DNA from: Salinisphaeraceae bacterium UBA4764
GTDB lineage: Bacteria; Pseudomonadota; Gammaproteobacteria; Nevskiales; Salinisphaeraceae
Length of the DNA: 58,064 bases
Direction: 5' to 3'
NCBI GenBank assembly: GCA_002403445.1
Contig: DHHU01000072.1
Coordinates: forward strand, 1-58,064
Within the stretch, counting starts at the first letter, position 1. Each line of letters starts with the position of its first letter. This document shows positions 17,812 through 27,749 of the stretch, piece after piece. The notes beneath the pieces are model-generated. The model was not told where the DNA came from. It ran no database searches and saw only the letters and a list, made by a program, of their open reading frames with translations. The position numbers were made by a program, and so were the translations under genes.

Positions 17812-19626
17812 TCAACCTTTACCGGCCTCTGAGGGGATTGTGGAATAAATCGTCTCGTCACGTTCGAACTGATCCTCCAGTTCTTCGATCGCTTCGCGAT
17901 CCAGCCGCGCCAGACGCTCTGCGTCGTCGGCCAATCGATAATACTCCCGAAGCCGACCTTCATCATATTGTCTAAATGTGCGGGCGGTGCGCTCGACTTC
18001 TTCATTGCCAAACCCGAGCGCACGCATGACATCACCGGCCAATGCCACGCTCGATAGAAATGTCTCGCGGTGGAATATCGTCACGCCGCGTTCCAGTAAT
18101 TGATAGCTGTGACGCCTGTCGCGGGCGCGCGCAACGATCTTCAAGTGTGGGAAATGGGTTTGCACCATGTGAATCGTGTTCAAAGATACGTCGGCGTCGG
18201 CTACCGCGAGAACTAGCACGCGTGCGCGATCGGCGTGCGCCGCCCGGAGCATCTCGACACGTGATGCATCGCCATAGTAAACCTCGGCACCGAATCGCCG
18301 CACGAAATTGACCTGTTCCGGATTGATTTCCAATGCCGTAAAGCCAATCCGCTTGGCGCGCAGAAGTCGAGCGATTGTACTGCCAAAACGCCCGAACCCA
18401 GCGATGATAACCGCATGTTCTGATTCAACTGGGGTCTCGTAAGCCTGTTTCGTCTCTATTGGGTTCAGACGTTCGTTGATCCAGGCACTGGCCTTGACCG
18501 AGAACGGCGTCAGCACCATCGAAAGCGTCACGGTGGCGATCAACAGGTCGGCCTCGGGCCGTGGTAGCAGGCGATCAGCCACTGCCGTTGATAGAATCAC
18601 GAAAGCGAATTCACCACCTTGGCTCAGATAGGCCCCTAGATTCCGGGTTGCGCGCCAGTCGAGACCCTGGCGGCGCCCGAGAAATACCAATATGATGGTT
18701 TTCAAGATCATAAGAGCAAAGGTCAAACCCAACAGGGCAACTGGCCGGCTGATGAACAGGCCCAGATTGATCGACATGCCAACGGCAATGAAAAACAGGC
18801 CTAGCAGTAGATCTTTGAACGGGTCGACGTTGGCTTCGAGTTCGTGCCGATATTCCGAATCGGCCAGCAGCACGCCCGCTACGAATGCTCCCAGCGCCAG
18901 GGATACACCAGTGGCTTCCATGATGGCCGAGGTGCCAACCACGATCAGCAGCGTCATGGCAATGAATATCTCTTGCATGCGCGTGGCCGCAATCACTCGC
19001 AACACCGGCTTCAAGACATAGTGACCGCCCATCACCAGCGCAGCAATCACGAGTGTTGCAGTTGCGGTCTTTTCCAGACCGCCTAAGATCGTGAACTTGG
19101 ACTGGCCAGCCGACAGCAAGGGCAACAACGCCAGAATCGGGATAACCGCCAGATCTTGAAACAAGAGGATAGAAAAAGCGGCCCGACCGTGGCGCGATGC
19201 CAGCTCGCCCCGTTCGGCGAGCATCTGGATTGCAAACGCTGTCGACGACAGCGCCAGCGACATCCCGGCCACAAATGACGCCGCAGGCGACAGTGACAAT
19301 GTCCAACCGACGACGACAGCCAGTACGAGACTCGTCAGAGCCATCTGCAGACCGCCCAGGCCGAGTATTGTACGGCGAAGCGCCCAAAGGCGTTTGGGCT
19401 GCATCTCCAAACCGATAATGAACAACAAAAACACAACGCCGAACTCAGCGAAATGCAGCACTTGATCGACCTGGCCGATCAAGCCCAGTACCCAAGGCCC
19501 GATCACTACACCGGCCACCAGATAGCCCAGTACCGACCCCAGCTTGAGGCGTTGGGCAATAGTTACGGCAATCACAGCGGCGCCAAGATAGATGGCAATA
19601 CGGGTAAGTGATGTATCCATGTTCAA
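17812..19626 (-). CDS. kefB: Glutathione-regulated K+ efflux / CPA2 monovalent cation:proton antiporter with C-terminal RCK (TrkA-N) domain
   Basis: The N-terminal half has about 12 TM segments. It is followed by a Rossmann motif VIIAGFGRFG and a KTN/RCK domain. Length 604 aa, typical of KefB/KefC. Confidence 0.88.
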   Translation of the reverse strand: MNMDTSLTRIAIYLGAAVIAVTIAQRLKLGSVLGYLVAGVVIGPWVLGLIGQVDQVLHFAEFGVVFLLFIIGLEMQPKRLWALRRTILGLGGLQMALTSLVLAVVVGWTLSLSPAASFVAGMSLALSSTAFAIQMLAERGELASRHGRAAFSILLFQDLAVIPILALLPLLSAGQSKFTILGGLEKTATATLVIAALVMGGHYVLKPVLRVIAATRMQEIFIAMTLLIVVGTSAIMEATGVSLALGAFVAGVLLADSEYRHELEANVDPFKDLLLGLFFIAVGMSINLGLFISRPVALLGLTFALMILKTIILVFLGRRQGLDWRATRNLGAYLSQGGEFAFVILSTAVADRLLPRPEADLLIATVTLSMVLTPFSVKASAWINERLNPIETKQAYETPVESEHAVIIAGFGRFGSTIARLLRAKRIGFTALEINPEQVNFVRRFGAEVYYGDASRVEMLRAAHADRARVLVLAVADADVSLNTIHMVQTHFPHLKIVARARDRRHSYQLLERGVTIFHRETFLSSVALAGDVMRALGFGNEEVERTARTFRQYDEGRLREYYRLADDAERLARLDREAIEELEDQFERDETIYSTIPSEAGKG

Positions 19627-19856
19627 GGAATCTTTATTCGCCGCATGAGGTCCCTGGCCTGTTGGGCGGACCAGTGCGAGCTACAAAAACACTTAACCCG
19701 GAACAACTGATGCAAGGACTGTATGCGGGGTAAACCAAACCCGATCATAGCGAATAAAGACTGTTTAAATCACGATAATCAAAAGCGCATTCCCGGGTAT
19801 TGGTCTTTTTTATAGAGGCCTAGTGCAATCAATATGCATGCATCACCTTTTGTCGC

Positions 19857-20407
19857 CTATTCGGCTTCACTATGTTGTGGGTGATAGGTCATCCAGGTGC
19901 GCCTTTCGTAAATTGCGCGACCAAATGCAGCTAGAGCATAGCGAATGGCCTGTCACTCTTCTGGCCAGACCAAATCACAGAAGCAATGCTGTGCTAATGC
20001 ACGGATTGAGGATAATCAATCGCTTCAACGTAGGCCAGCGGCTGATAAAAAACGGCTGAAGCTTATAATTGTCGCGACCAACCCTAGCGGCGGCGACGAT
20101 TTCATCGAAGTCGACATCGGTACAAAACTGGCGAATCGCCCGGCAACCCCGTATCTGATCCGCTGAGCGAAACAGAATGCTTGTAGACGTCATATCCGCT
20201 CACGCCCTTGGCGCATCCAAGATAAGGGGCAATACGGGATACAGCACCGAACATCACTTGGATCGACACACGCCAAAATATGTCAACAACCCGGCCAAGA
20301 CATCTGTCTCTATTGCTCTTTGAACAGAAGCTATCAGCCCAGTAACAGACGTTCAGGGCGAACGACACCCGCCTGACTGAAAGTATTCCAAGTGCGTTGG
20401 GCGTCAA
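19857..20407 (-). pseudogene. Possible decayed gene of unrecognised family
   Basis: Protein-like stretches occur in three minus-strand frames, separated by stops or frameshifts: ADQIRGCRAIRQFCTDVDFDEIVAAARVGRDNYK, AVFYQPLAYVEAIDYPQSV, and QAIRYALAAFGRAIYERRTWMTYHPQHSEAE followed by a stop. There is no intact ORF over about 100 aa in an 850-bp gap. Confidence 0.25.
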
Positions 20408-20473
20408 AGCCCAAACTGAACGCCCCTTGCCAGTTCTGAACTGATTTTGGGCTTCTTAGCTTCACTGAGGCGA

Positions 20474-20824
20474 TCAATCGGAGCCAAGATGGAAAAACTC
20501 AACTGCCCGGCGGACACAGAAAACCTTGATGTTTTGTTCATGCACAGCTTCCAGAAGCTCATCAGCTAAGTCATCATCCACGATGAACATGAGTTCCTCG
20601 GGTTCATCGGTCAACTCAAAGAAATGTGCCGAATGCCTATGCTTATCCGTTCCCACGCTTTCGCTGTCCATGCGACGCGTATATCGATAGATACCGTGGG
20701 TCTTGGCTAGATCAACAATGGCGTCGAGGCTCATCTGTCCTTTGTGTCGATATGAACGCGGTGCCATGAAAATCAGTTCGAATCCTTGCATTGGAGGATT
20801 GTCTATACTGCAGAAACATGACAT
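20474..20824 (-). CDS. DUF190 (UPF0166) PII-like fold protein
   Basis: By eye it aligns along its length with DUF190 proteins. For example RHKGQMSLDAIVDLAKTHGI...HRHSAHFFELTDEPEELMFIVDDDLADELLEAV compares with TM0021-type KHSGKPLFEYLV...[25 protein letters not shown]. The start is uncertain (ATG at 20824 or 20791). Confidence 0.6.
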   Translation of the reverse strand: MSCFCSIDNPPMQGFELIFMAPRSYRHKGQMSLDAIVDLAKTHGIYRYTRRMDSESVGTDKHRHSAHFFELTDEPEELMFIVDDDLADELLEAVHEQNIKVFCVRRAVEFFHLGSD

Positions 20825-20997
20825 CAGAGTACGCCGGAATCGTACCCATGACCATCACCCGTTTCGCTTAAGCCAACGATCCGGAAACGTTTACCGAATC
20901 ATTCTTTGCATAGTCTCGCGTTCTTCAATCCGACAGCTGTTGTTGTTTAAGTTAGATTCAGCCCAGTTGGTAGTGTCACAATAGGTATTTATTTATC

Positions 20998-21561
20998 TTG
21001 ATTCTCATTCGGGCCCACTGGTTTCGAATTGTGAATTACACCGCTATCGACTCTCGTGTGAGTAAATTAACCTTACCCGTCGAACGTTATCTAGCCCAAG
21101 CAATCGAGCAACGCTCGCCGGGCCCTGTCGCCTGGGTCGATCCCAGTAGACGGACCCCGATTTCGGGACTTGAAATAGTCAGTAAAGCCGATTGCCAGAT
21201 TAACTCACTGGACCCGCCCGATATTCCGGCCAGCACTACCGGCCAATCCACACCCTTCGAATTGGCCGTTGTAATCGATCCTGCGGCGGAGTACACGCGC
21301 CACGAGGCCGAGCGACTCCTGGCTTACTTTCGGGATTTTGGCGCCCGCGCTGTGCTGGTTCTGGAACAACAGGCCACCACCACACTCGGTGGCACCTCCG
21401 CCTATATCGCGCTGGGTTTCAAGCGGGCTCGCGGGAGTGAAACGCTGGACGCCAATTATTGTCTCTACGAATTCGATATACACAACTACAAGCCGGTTCC
21501 CAGCTGGCTCAATTCCAAAAACTGGGCTAACCCCGAACAATGGGGCAAGACTCGTTGGTAA
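20998..21561 (+). CDS. Conserved hypothetical protein with Trp-rich C-terminal motif
   Basis: 187-aa ORF with a distinctive C-terminus, YEFDIHNYKPVPSWLNSKNWANPEQWGKTRW. I believe this recurs in a proteobacterial DUF family (possibly DUF6231, unverified). The start is uncertain (TTG at 20998, GTG at 21058). Confidence 0.55.
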   Translation: MILIRAHWFRIVNYTAIDSRVSKLTLPVERYLAQAIEQRSPGPVAWVDPSRRTPISGLEIVSKADCQINSLDPPDIPASTTGQSTPFELAVVIDPAAEYTRHEAERLLAYFRDFGARAVLVLEQQATTTLGGTSAYIALGFKRARGSETLDANYCLYEFDIHNYKPVPSWLNSKNWANPEQWGKTRW

Positions 21562-21564
21562 ATC

Positions 21565-22500
21565 TCAAGCCTCTGGCAGCACCACTGATCTGCGAGGCAC
21601 GGTCGCTAAGTTCCAGTGATCGATTGCCCACTCGAGCACTGGCTTAGGCGAAGAGTGGCGCAGTCTATTCGGCGGTTGCTGGCCCAGCAACTCGAGGCAA
21701 CGCCAGATTTGCCTCCCTGGTTCTCGGGTTGACAAGGCTGTCGCTCCCGTGCTTTTGCCGAGCTTTCCCCCTGTGGACGTCTTGATCAGCGGGATATGTG
21801 CGCTCGACACTGCTGGCAACCCCAGTGCTTGTCTCAACCAGGCCTGACGCGGTGCGGAAGTCAGCAAGTCAGCCCCGCGCACGACATCAGTAATGCCCTG
21901 TGCCGCATCATCAACCACAGTCGCCAACTGATACGAGGCGATACGGTCGCGACGCCGCACCACGAAATCCCCCACATCTCGTCCCAGATTTTGAGTGTAT
22001 TCACCCAACACGCGATCGCTGACCCCAAACAAATCGTGCGGAACTTTAGCCCGAACTGACCGGCCGGCGACATCATGCAAGCCGCGATCGCGACACGTGC
22101 CGGGATACATCGGGCCTTCGAGTCCCATCGGGCCGCCTTGCGACTCAGCCCGAGTGCAACCACATACAAACCCCTGCCCAGTGGTCAACAAGTCAGCCAC
22201 CGCTTGTCGATGAGCATCCCGTCGAGAGCTCTGGTACATCACGGGCGCATCCCAGTGCAGCCCGAAATGTTTTAAGGTTGCCATAAGTAGACGGTCGCAG
22301 TCCGGTACGACACGCGGCGTATCCAGATCATCAATACGCAATCGCCAATAGCCGCCCGCCGCACGGGCGTCCAAAAAACTGGCCACCGCAGCCAACAACG
22401 ATCCGAAGTGCATCGGCCCCGTCGGGGATGGAGCAAAACGGCCCACGATTTTAGTTGGACTCAATGTCTCAGACAGTGCGCTCAATCGACGGCTGCACAT
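21565..22500 (-). CDS. gluQ: tRNA glutamyl-Q(34) synthetase (GluQRS/YadB)
   Basis: Truncated GluRS-like catalytic domain: GRFAPSPTGPMHFGSLLAA (HIGH-type), LRIDDLDTPR, and KLGKS in place of KMSKS. The 311-aa length means no anticodon-binding domain. Confidence 0.9.
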   Translation of the reverse strand: MCSRRLSALSETLSPTKIVGRFAPSPTGPMHFGSLLAAVASFLDARAAGGYWRLRIDDLDTPRVVPDCDRLLMATLKHFGLHWDAPVMYQSSRRDAHRQAVADLLTTGQGFVCGCTRAESQGGPMGLEGPMYPGTCRDRGLHDVAGRSVRAKVPHDLFGVSDRVLGEYTQNLGRDVGDFVVRRRDRIASYQLATVVDDAAQGITDVVRGADLLTSAPRQAWLRQALGLPAVSSAHIPLIKTSTGGKLGKSTGATALSTREPGRQIWRCLELLGQQPPNRLRHSSPKPVLEWAIDHWNLATVPRRSVVLPEA

Positions 22501-22661
22501 ATCTTTAGGAGCGAATTCTCAGGGCAAGACTCAAACTTTAGACTTCGACTCAGATCGGGCGAGAACGGAGCCAATGCTTGGCACGACGCTGTCATTAAGT
22601 TAAAAACCATCAACCAATCATGAGCGCGCTTTAACAAAACAGTGACTGAAGGCTCTCTTTG

Positions 22662-23849
22662 TCATAGCGCGGGCTTTTCCACCCTTGGCGATGTTTGCAT
22701 CCCCAATCGCATTGCCAATTCCGCTCCCACCTTGGGCCAGGCGAATCGCTCGGCGTGTTGGCGAACCATCTTAGGGCTTAAGGGGTTGTCCAGAGCACGA
22801 CAGATACTCTTAACCATTCCACGCACATCGCCGGGTGAGATCAAATAACCCGATTCACCCTCGGCAACGGCATCGATAACGCCACCGGTAGCATAGGCGA
22901 TTGTCGGCAAACCGAAAGCGGCAGCCTCGACCGCAACCATACCGAAACCCTCGGGGTCGTCTGGTATTTGCTGAACGGGAAATACGTGCAAATCGGCTGC
23001 CCGATAGATTGCTCCGAGTTCATCCCAATCTTTCACTGCTCCAACGAAATGCAAGTGTGCGCCGACGCCGCTGGCCTCTGCCGCAGTCTGAATCTGAGCC
23101 GGGGTCTGTAGGTCGGCTTGCAGCGCATCGTCCGGCGCATTACCGACAATCACGAATTTTATTTGTGGTTGATCGACGACGACACTCGGTAATATGTCAC
23201 GCACAAATTCCAGCAATCCTTTGCGAGCGGTCAGGCGGCCGACACTCAGGAGTATTGGGCCGATTTCTAGGCCCCGGGATCGTCGAAAATCTCTAGCAGC
23301 CATTGGGCTTAATGCCTCAGCCGGCAATGTAACCCCGGGTGGGACGATATGAATCTTTTGTTCTGATATACCCGCTTTAATTGCCAGTTTTTTGGTGGCA
23401 TTGCTATTGACTACGACACAGTCCATACGACGAATTAGGGGCAACCAGACTGCACGATAAAGCGGCTGATCCACGACAATATCCAAACCATGCAGATACA
23501 CCGCGGCTTGCGTTCGTTTCAGGCGGGCCGTCAGCCATGCTAATGGTGCTGTGAGTCCGCTGCCGGCCAGCACGCATGTCGGTCGATCTTTGCTGGCAAC
23601 GATCAGCGCGCGTAGCCCCGCCCCCATCAAAAAACGCCAAAGTGGTCGCAGCGCGACTTCATAAAGGTGCACCTCGCGCGGCGCCAAGGTTCTTGCGCCT
23701 GCCGGGCCGACAATATTGACCTGACCGTAGCGCGAAAGCTGGTCGGCGATATGCCAGTTCAAACGCTCCATGCCGCCGATCAACGGTGGCAGATTACGGG
23801 TAATGAGCAGAACGGATGGGAGAGGCCGGGATTTTTTAGCGATGACCAT
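22662..23849 (-). CDS. Glycosyltransferase family 4 (GT-B, RfaG-like)
   Basis: C-terminal GT1/GT4 signature PEGFGMVAVEAAAFGLPTIAYATGGVIDAV...GYLI (E-x7-E region). Length 395 aa. Confidence 0.85.
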   Translation of the reverse strand: MVIAKKSRPLPSVLLITRNLPPLIGGMERLNWHIADQLSRYGQVNIVGPAGARTLAPREVHLYEVALRPLWRFLMGAGLRALIVASKDRPTCVLAGSGLTAPLAWLTARLKRTQAAVYLHGLDIVVDQPLYRAVWLPLIRRMDCVVVNSNATKKLAIKAGISEQKIHIVPPGVTLPAEALSPMAARDFRRSRGLEIGPILLSVGRLTARKGLLEFVRDILPSVVVDQPQIKFVIVGNAPDDALQADLQTPAQIQTAAEASGVGAHLHFVGAVKDWDELGAIYRAADLHVFPVQQIPDDPEGFGMVAVEAAAFGLPTIAYATGGVIDAVAEGESGYLISPGDVRGMVKSICRALDNPLSPKMVRQHAERFAWPKVGAELAMRLGMQTSPRVEKPAL

Positions 23850-24365
23850 GAGTCATGTCCCAGATAAATTTTTGTTTTCTGACGACGATATGCTTAATTC
23901 CAAAAACTTGCAGCATAAGGACGGCCGTCTGTCTCCCGAACCCGACTCGGAAATTAGTAAGCGATCCATGTAACTTAAACTGACATTGGAAAATGCTTCA
24001 ATTCTGGAACAGAATTAAATCATCTCGCTGACCCCAATCGCGCAACGCTACTGATCCTGCGTAGCAGCATCAGTAAAACGAGCCTTGTGGTCGGTGGTCG
24101 GAATCCTTCTTGAAATTTAAAGCACACTGGTATGTGGGCGAGGAGAACTGCGCCGAGTGTAGTCACTGCTTTTTTGGCCGATTGCCCGCTATGTTCGCGA
24201 TCCGGAAAACGTTCCGACCATAGACTGCTTATCAGCCCAACACCATGAGCGGGCAAGTCAGGCCGGATTCGACCGACTCGAGTTTAATTCGCTTGTGGAT
24301 CGTGCGGCTGAGCCCAAAGATGGGAGTAGCGCATAACCAATTGATTACAACGATCTACGTAGGGG

Positions 24366-25694
24366 TTAATGCAGTTTCAAATTCGGCCGCAGAACACTAT
24401 TGAGACGATCAACGATCATTTTTAGAAGCGTATTGAAAGTGCCGTGAATTGTGCGCTGATGCATCCGATAGAGGGAGACGTAAAACCATTTCGCTAAGCG
24501 GCCTTCCACGAACAAATGGCCTTTTGACGCGGAGGCCATAAGATTGCCCACAGCATCGAAGTGCGAGAGTGAAATCAGTGATCCAAAATCACGATAGTGG
24601 AATGGTTTAAGTGGCTTGCCGGCGAGCTCGGCCCGAATATTTGTGTATAACGTTGACGCCATTTGATGCGCGGCTTGTGCACGTGGCGGCACAGTTTTGT
24701 CGTCGTCACCCTGAGGACAGGCGGCACAATCACCAATCGCAAATATGCGCTTGTCGTCAACGCTTTGAAGTGTTTGATTCACTTTGATGCGATTATTGGG
24801 CGCCGTGGACAGCCCGAGTTGCGTGAGCACATCCGCGCCGCGTACACCGGCAGCCCAAACCGTCAAATCTGCATCGATGCGCCCACCACCGGCTGTATCG
24901 AATCCATAGTGGTCAGCATGTGTAATTTTGGTCTCGAGATGAATCTCGATGCCCATTGCGTCCAGTTGTTTGTAGATTGCGCGGCCGATACGTTCCGGCA
25001 ACGCAGGTAACAACCGGGGCGCGGCCTCGATTAAATGCACGTTCAACTGGTCTCGACCGATTGAGGAATACCCGTAGCTTGCAAGCATTTGAGTCGCGCC
25101 GAGTAATTCAGCGGACAACTCAACACCCGTTGCGCCTCCACCGACGATGGCGATCGACAATCGAGGATGATTGTGGGTATCGCCGTGGCCGTAGCGCAGA
25201 AATTTGTTCAACATGGCCCGACGAAAAATTTCGGCCTGCCTCGCGCTATCCAGAAAATAACAATGATCGGCAACGCCGGGAGTCCCAAAATCATTGGAAA
25301 TACTCCCGAGAGACAGCACCAGATAATCGTAACCAATGCGACGCTCACCTAAGACTTCGTTGCCGTCATCATCTCGGAGTGGTGCCAACTTCACCTCGCG
25401 CTTGTCACGATTAAGGCCGGCCATGGTGCCCAGTTGATAATTGTATCCATATTGAGCGCCATGCCCTTGATAAGCCGTTTCGTCGAGGCTCTGGTCGAGC
25501 ACACCGGTGGCGATTTCGTGCAGCAGCGGCTTCCAGATATGGGTTGAATCCCGGTCGACCAGGATTACGTTAGCCTTGCCGCGCCGACCTAGCCGTTTAC
25601 CCAGTTTAGAAACCAGTTCTAGCCCGCCAGCGCCGCCGCCAACAACAACGATTTTTGCACTATCCGTCATATATACTGCCTTGATAGAAGCCAA
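24366..25694 (-). CDS. ndh: Type II NADH:quinone oxidoreductase (NDH-2)
   Basis: Two dinucleotide-binding motifs, KIVVVGGGAGGLE and IAIVGGGATGVELS. IFAIGDCA motif. Length 442 aa. Confidence 0.88.
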   Translation of the reverse strand: MASIKAVYMTDSAKIVVVGGGAGGLELVSKLGKRLGRRGKANVILVDRDSTHIWKPLLHEIATGVLDQSLDETAYQGHGAQYGYNYQLGTMAGLNRDKREVKLAPLRDDDGNEVLGERRIGYDYLVLSLGSISNDFGTPGVADHCYFLDSARQAEIFRRAMLNKFLRYGHGDTHNHPRLSIAIVGGGATGVELSAELLGATQMLASYGYSSIGRDQLNVHLIEAAPRLLPALPERIGRAIYKQLDAMGIEIHLETKITHADHYGFDTAGGGRIDADLTVWAAGVRGADVLTQLGLSTAPNNRIKVNQTLQSVDDKRIFAIGDCAACPQGDDDKTVPPRAQAAHQMASTLYTNIRAELAGKPLKPFHYRDFGSLISLSHFDAVGNLMASASKGHLFVEGRLAKWFYVSLYRMHQRTIHGTFNTLLKMIVDRLNSVLRPNLKLH

Positions 25695-25934
25695 AATTAT
25701 ATTTGGCAGGCCAACCGCTCGCTTATCGCCCGAGGCGTCGATTCTGCCACCAGAGGCTGTATTCTACTTGGTTGGGCACATTAAATTGGAATCGTGTGTA
25801 TGATGCCCGGGAGAAAAATTTACGATCCCTTGAGTCCTTTGGATTAACCTTGAGGCGATCGGAAGCGGTCGAACGTGACTTTGCCTGTTCAAAGGACGCA
25901 AAGCCGGCGATTACCGCGGGCATAATCACACGCC

Positions 25935-27749
25935 CTAGAGCATTTCCTCCCACGAGCGGCTAAGGCGTAAGGCCGCATTGATGATACCCACCATACTGTA
26001 GGTCTGCGGAAAATTTCCCCAGAGTTCGCCCGTGTCAGGATCGATATCCTCCGATAACAGGCCCAAGGCGTTGCGATTGGCCAACATATTCTCGAACAGA
26101 CGGTTGGCTTCGGCGCGCTGACCGGTCGCGGCGAGTGCTTCGATATACCAGAAGGTGCAGATGTTGAAGGCGTTTTCCGGTTCACCAAAGTCGTCTTGGG
26201 CCGCATAGCGAAACAGATAGTCACCACGTCGCAGAACGCGACCCACGGCTTCTACCGTTCCCAAAAAGCGCGGATCGTCGGGTGGCAGAAACCCCAGCTC
26301 GTTCATTAACAACAGGCTGGCGTCAATGTCGCGGCCCTCGAAGGATTCGACGAAGCTGTTTTGTTCCTCGTTCCAGCCGCGCCGGCAAATGACATCGTGT
26401 ATTTCACGGGCCGCGTCGCGCCAACGCTCGGCGTCGGCCTCGAGCTGCAACTCGGCAGCAATACGGGCCAGCCGATCACATGCGACCCAGCACAAAAGTG
26501 CCGAGTGAGTGTGAACGCGGGTACGTCCCCGATATTCCCAAATGCCGGCGTCGGGCGTCAGATAGTTGGCGTAGGCTTTTTCCCCGAGGGGTTCCAGCTG
26601 ACGAAATAACGATACATCGCCCGGCCGCGGTAACCGCCGATCGAAAAATATCTGAGTGGCCGCCAGAATGACGCTGCCATAGACATCGTGCTGAATCTGA
26701 CGGTAGGCATCGTTGCCGACCCGAACGGGGGCTGTGTTGCGGTAGCCCGTGAGATGGGTCACATGCCATTCGTCCAGCCTGCTTTCACCGGTCACGCCGT
26801 AGACGGGTTGAAGTTGACCGTCGTCGCTGTCGGCGACACAGTCCAGAATAAATCGGATATAGTCTTCCATCGAACGCGTGGCCCCCAAGCGGTTCAGCGC
26901 ACGTACCACGAAATAGGCGTCGCGTAACCAGCAATGCCGGTAATCCCAGTTGCGCTCGGTGCCAGCCGCCTCGGGGATGGACGTAGTCAGAGCAGCGACC
27001 ACGGCGCCGGTTTCAGCGTAGCTCGAAAGCTTCAGGGTAATGGCGGCCCGGATGACGGCCTGTTGCCAATCATAGGGGATCGACAGGCTGCGCACCCATT
27101 GACGCCAGGAATCGCGGGTGCGCTCCAGGAAAGACCGAGCCAACGTAGCCGGCGATTCGGTCAAGGATTCATCCGGCCCGAATATCAACGTCTGCGTTCC
27201 AACCAATCCGAACGCGCGCTCTTCAAGAATCCTGCTGACTGGAATATCCGTGGTGAGTCGAAGCGACTGTTCGTCGGTTAAATACCGGATATGATGGGAA
27301 CCCCGGGTCATACGCGGCTGCTCACTGCCCCAGTTGCAGACCGGGCGCAACCGGATACGCACGCGGGGTGAACCGGCTTCGACGCTGACCTGGCGCACCA
27401 GTGCTATTGGTCGGTAGTTACGGTCGTATTGCTCGAATCCGGGCGCAAAATCGATGACGGATACTTGGCCGCCATGGGCGTCCTGGAGGCGCGTCTGCAG
27501 GATTGCGGTGTTGTGCAAATAGCACTGCGTACTCGATACACAATCCTCCAATTCCACGGCGTAATACCCACGATCGGTTTCATCGATCAAACGTGAAAAC
27601 AGCGGATCGCCGGCAAAGCCGGGGAAACAGCCCCAGACGATGCGTGCGCGCTCGTCGACCAGTGCAGCCACCTGACCGTTGCCGATCAAGCCAATATTGA
27701 GGGAACTGGTCACCCCGTACCCAGTGTCGTCGTCAGTGTACGAAGCCAT
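25935..27749 (-). CDS. Glycoside hydrolase family 15 protein (glucoamylase/trehalase-like)
   Basis: 604 aa with GH15-type (alpha/alpha)6 motifs (WDYRHCWLRDA, GIWEYRG, LLSEDIDP...GNFPQTYSMVG). Lies in an apparent operon with otsB. Confidence 0.85.
   Translation of the reverse strand: MASYTDDDTGYGVTSSLNIGLIGNGQVAALVDERARIVWGCFPGFAGDPLFSRLIDETDRGYYAVELEDCVSSTQCYLHNTAILQTRLQDAHGGQVSVIDFAPGFEQYDRNYRPIALVRQVSVEAGSPRVRIRLRPVCNWGSEQPRMTRGSHHIRYLTDEQSLRLTTDIPVSRILEERAFGLVGTQTLIFGPDESLTESPATLARSFLERTRDSWRQWVRSLSIPYDWQQAVIRAAITLKLSSYAETGAVVAALTTSIPEAAGTERNWDYRHCWLRDAYFVVRALNRLGATRSMEDYIRFILDCVADSDDGQLQPVYGVTGESRLDEWHVTHLTGYRNTAPVRVGNDAYRQIQHDVYGSVILAATQIFFDRRLPRPGDVSLFRQLEPLGEKAYANYLTPDAGIWEYRGRTRVHTHSALLCWVACDRLARIAAELQLEADAERWRDAAREIHDVICRRGWNEEQNSFVESFEGRDIDASLLLMNELGFLPPDDPRFLGTVEAVGRVLRRGDYLFRYAAQDDFGEPENAFNICTFWYIEALAATGQRAEANRLFENMLANRNALGLLSEDIDPDTGELWGNFPQTYSMVGIINAALRLSRSWEEML

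Noticed and set aside
17663-17848. 61-aa ORF just downstream of dabA, considered as a possible third DAB component.
   Set aside because: It has no RBS and a low-complexity Pro/Leu-rich translation, and it overlaps the kefB 3' end by 37 nt. There is no support beyond being open.
18611-19387. 258-aa ORF in an alternative frame on the same strand as kefB. Similar long shadow ORFs occur at 40757-41410 antisense to katG, 5689-6201 and 6078-6515 within phr, 14110-14619 within dabB, and 35985-36458 antisense to hflX.
   Set aside because: Their translations are Arg/Pro/Gly/Ser-rich with no recognisable motifs. They lie entirely inside well-supported genes. This is typical open-frame noise in GC-rich coding DNA.
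19975-20193. Possible IS5-family transposase C-terminal remnant (YKLQ...LKRL resembled YKxRxxIE...LKxxRRIATRYDK).
   Set aside because: No frame yields the ATRYDK-type motif. There are no inverted terminal repeats or DDE residues. It is kept only as an unclassified possible pseudogene.
20825-20997. Looked for a fluoride (crcB-motif) riboswitch upstream of the DUF190 gene. UGAUGGUCAUG and UGAUGUCAUG strings caught the eye.
   Set aside because: The P1 stem (GGnG...CnCC), the AACCGCC-type segment and the CCUAC pseudoknot partner of the consensus are absent. I cannot build the fold.
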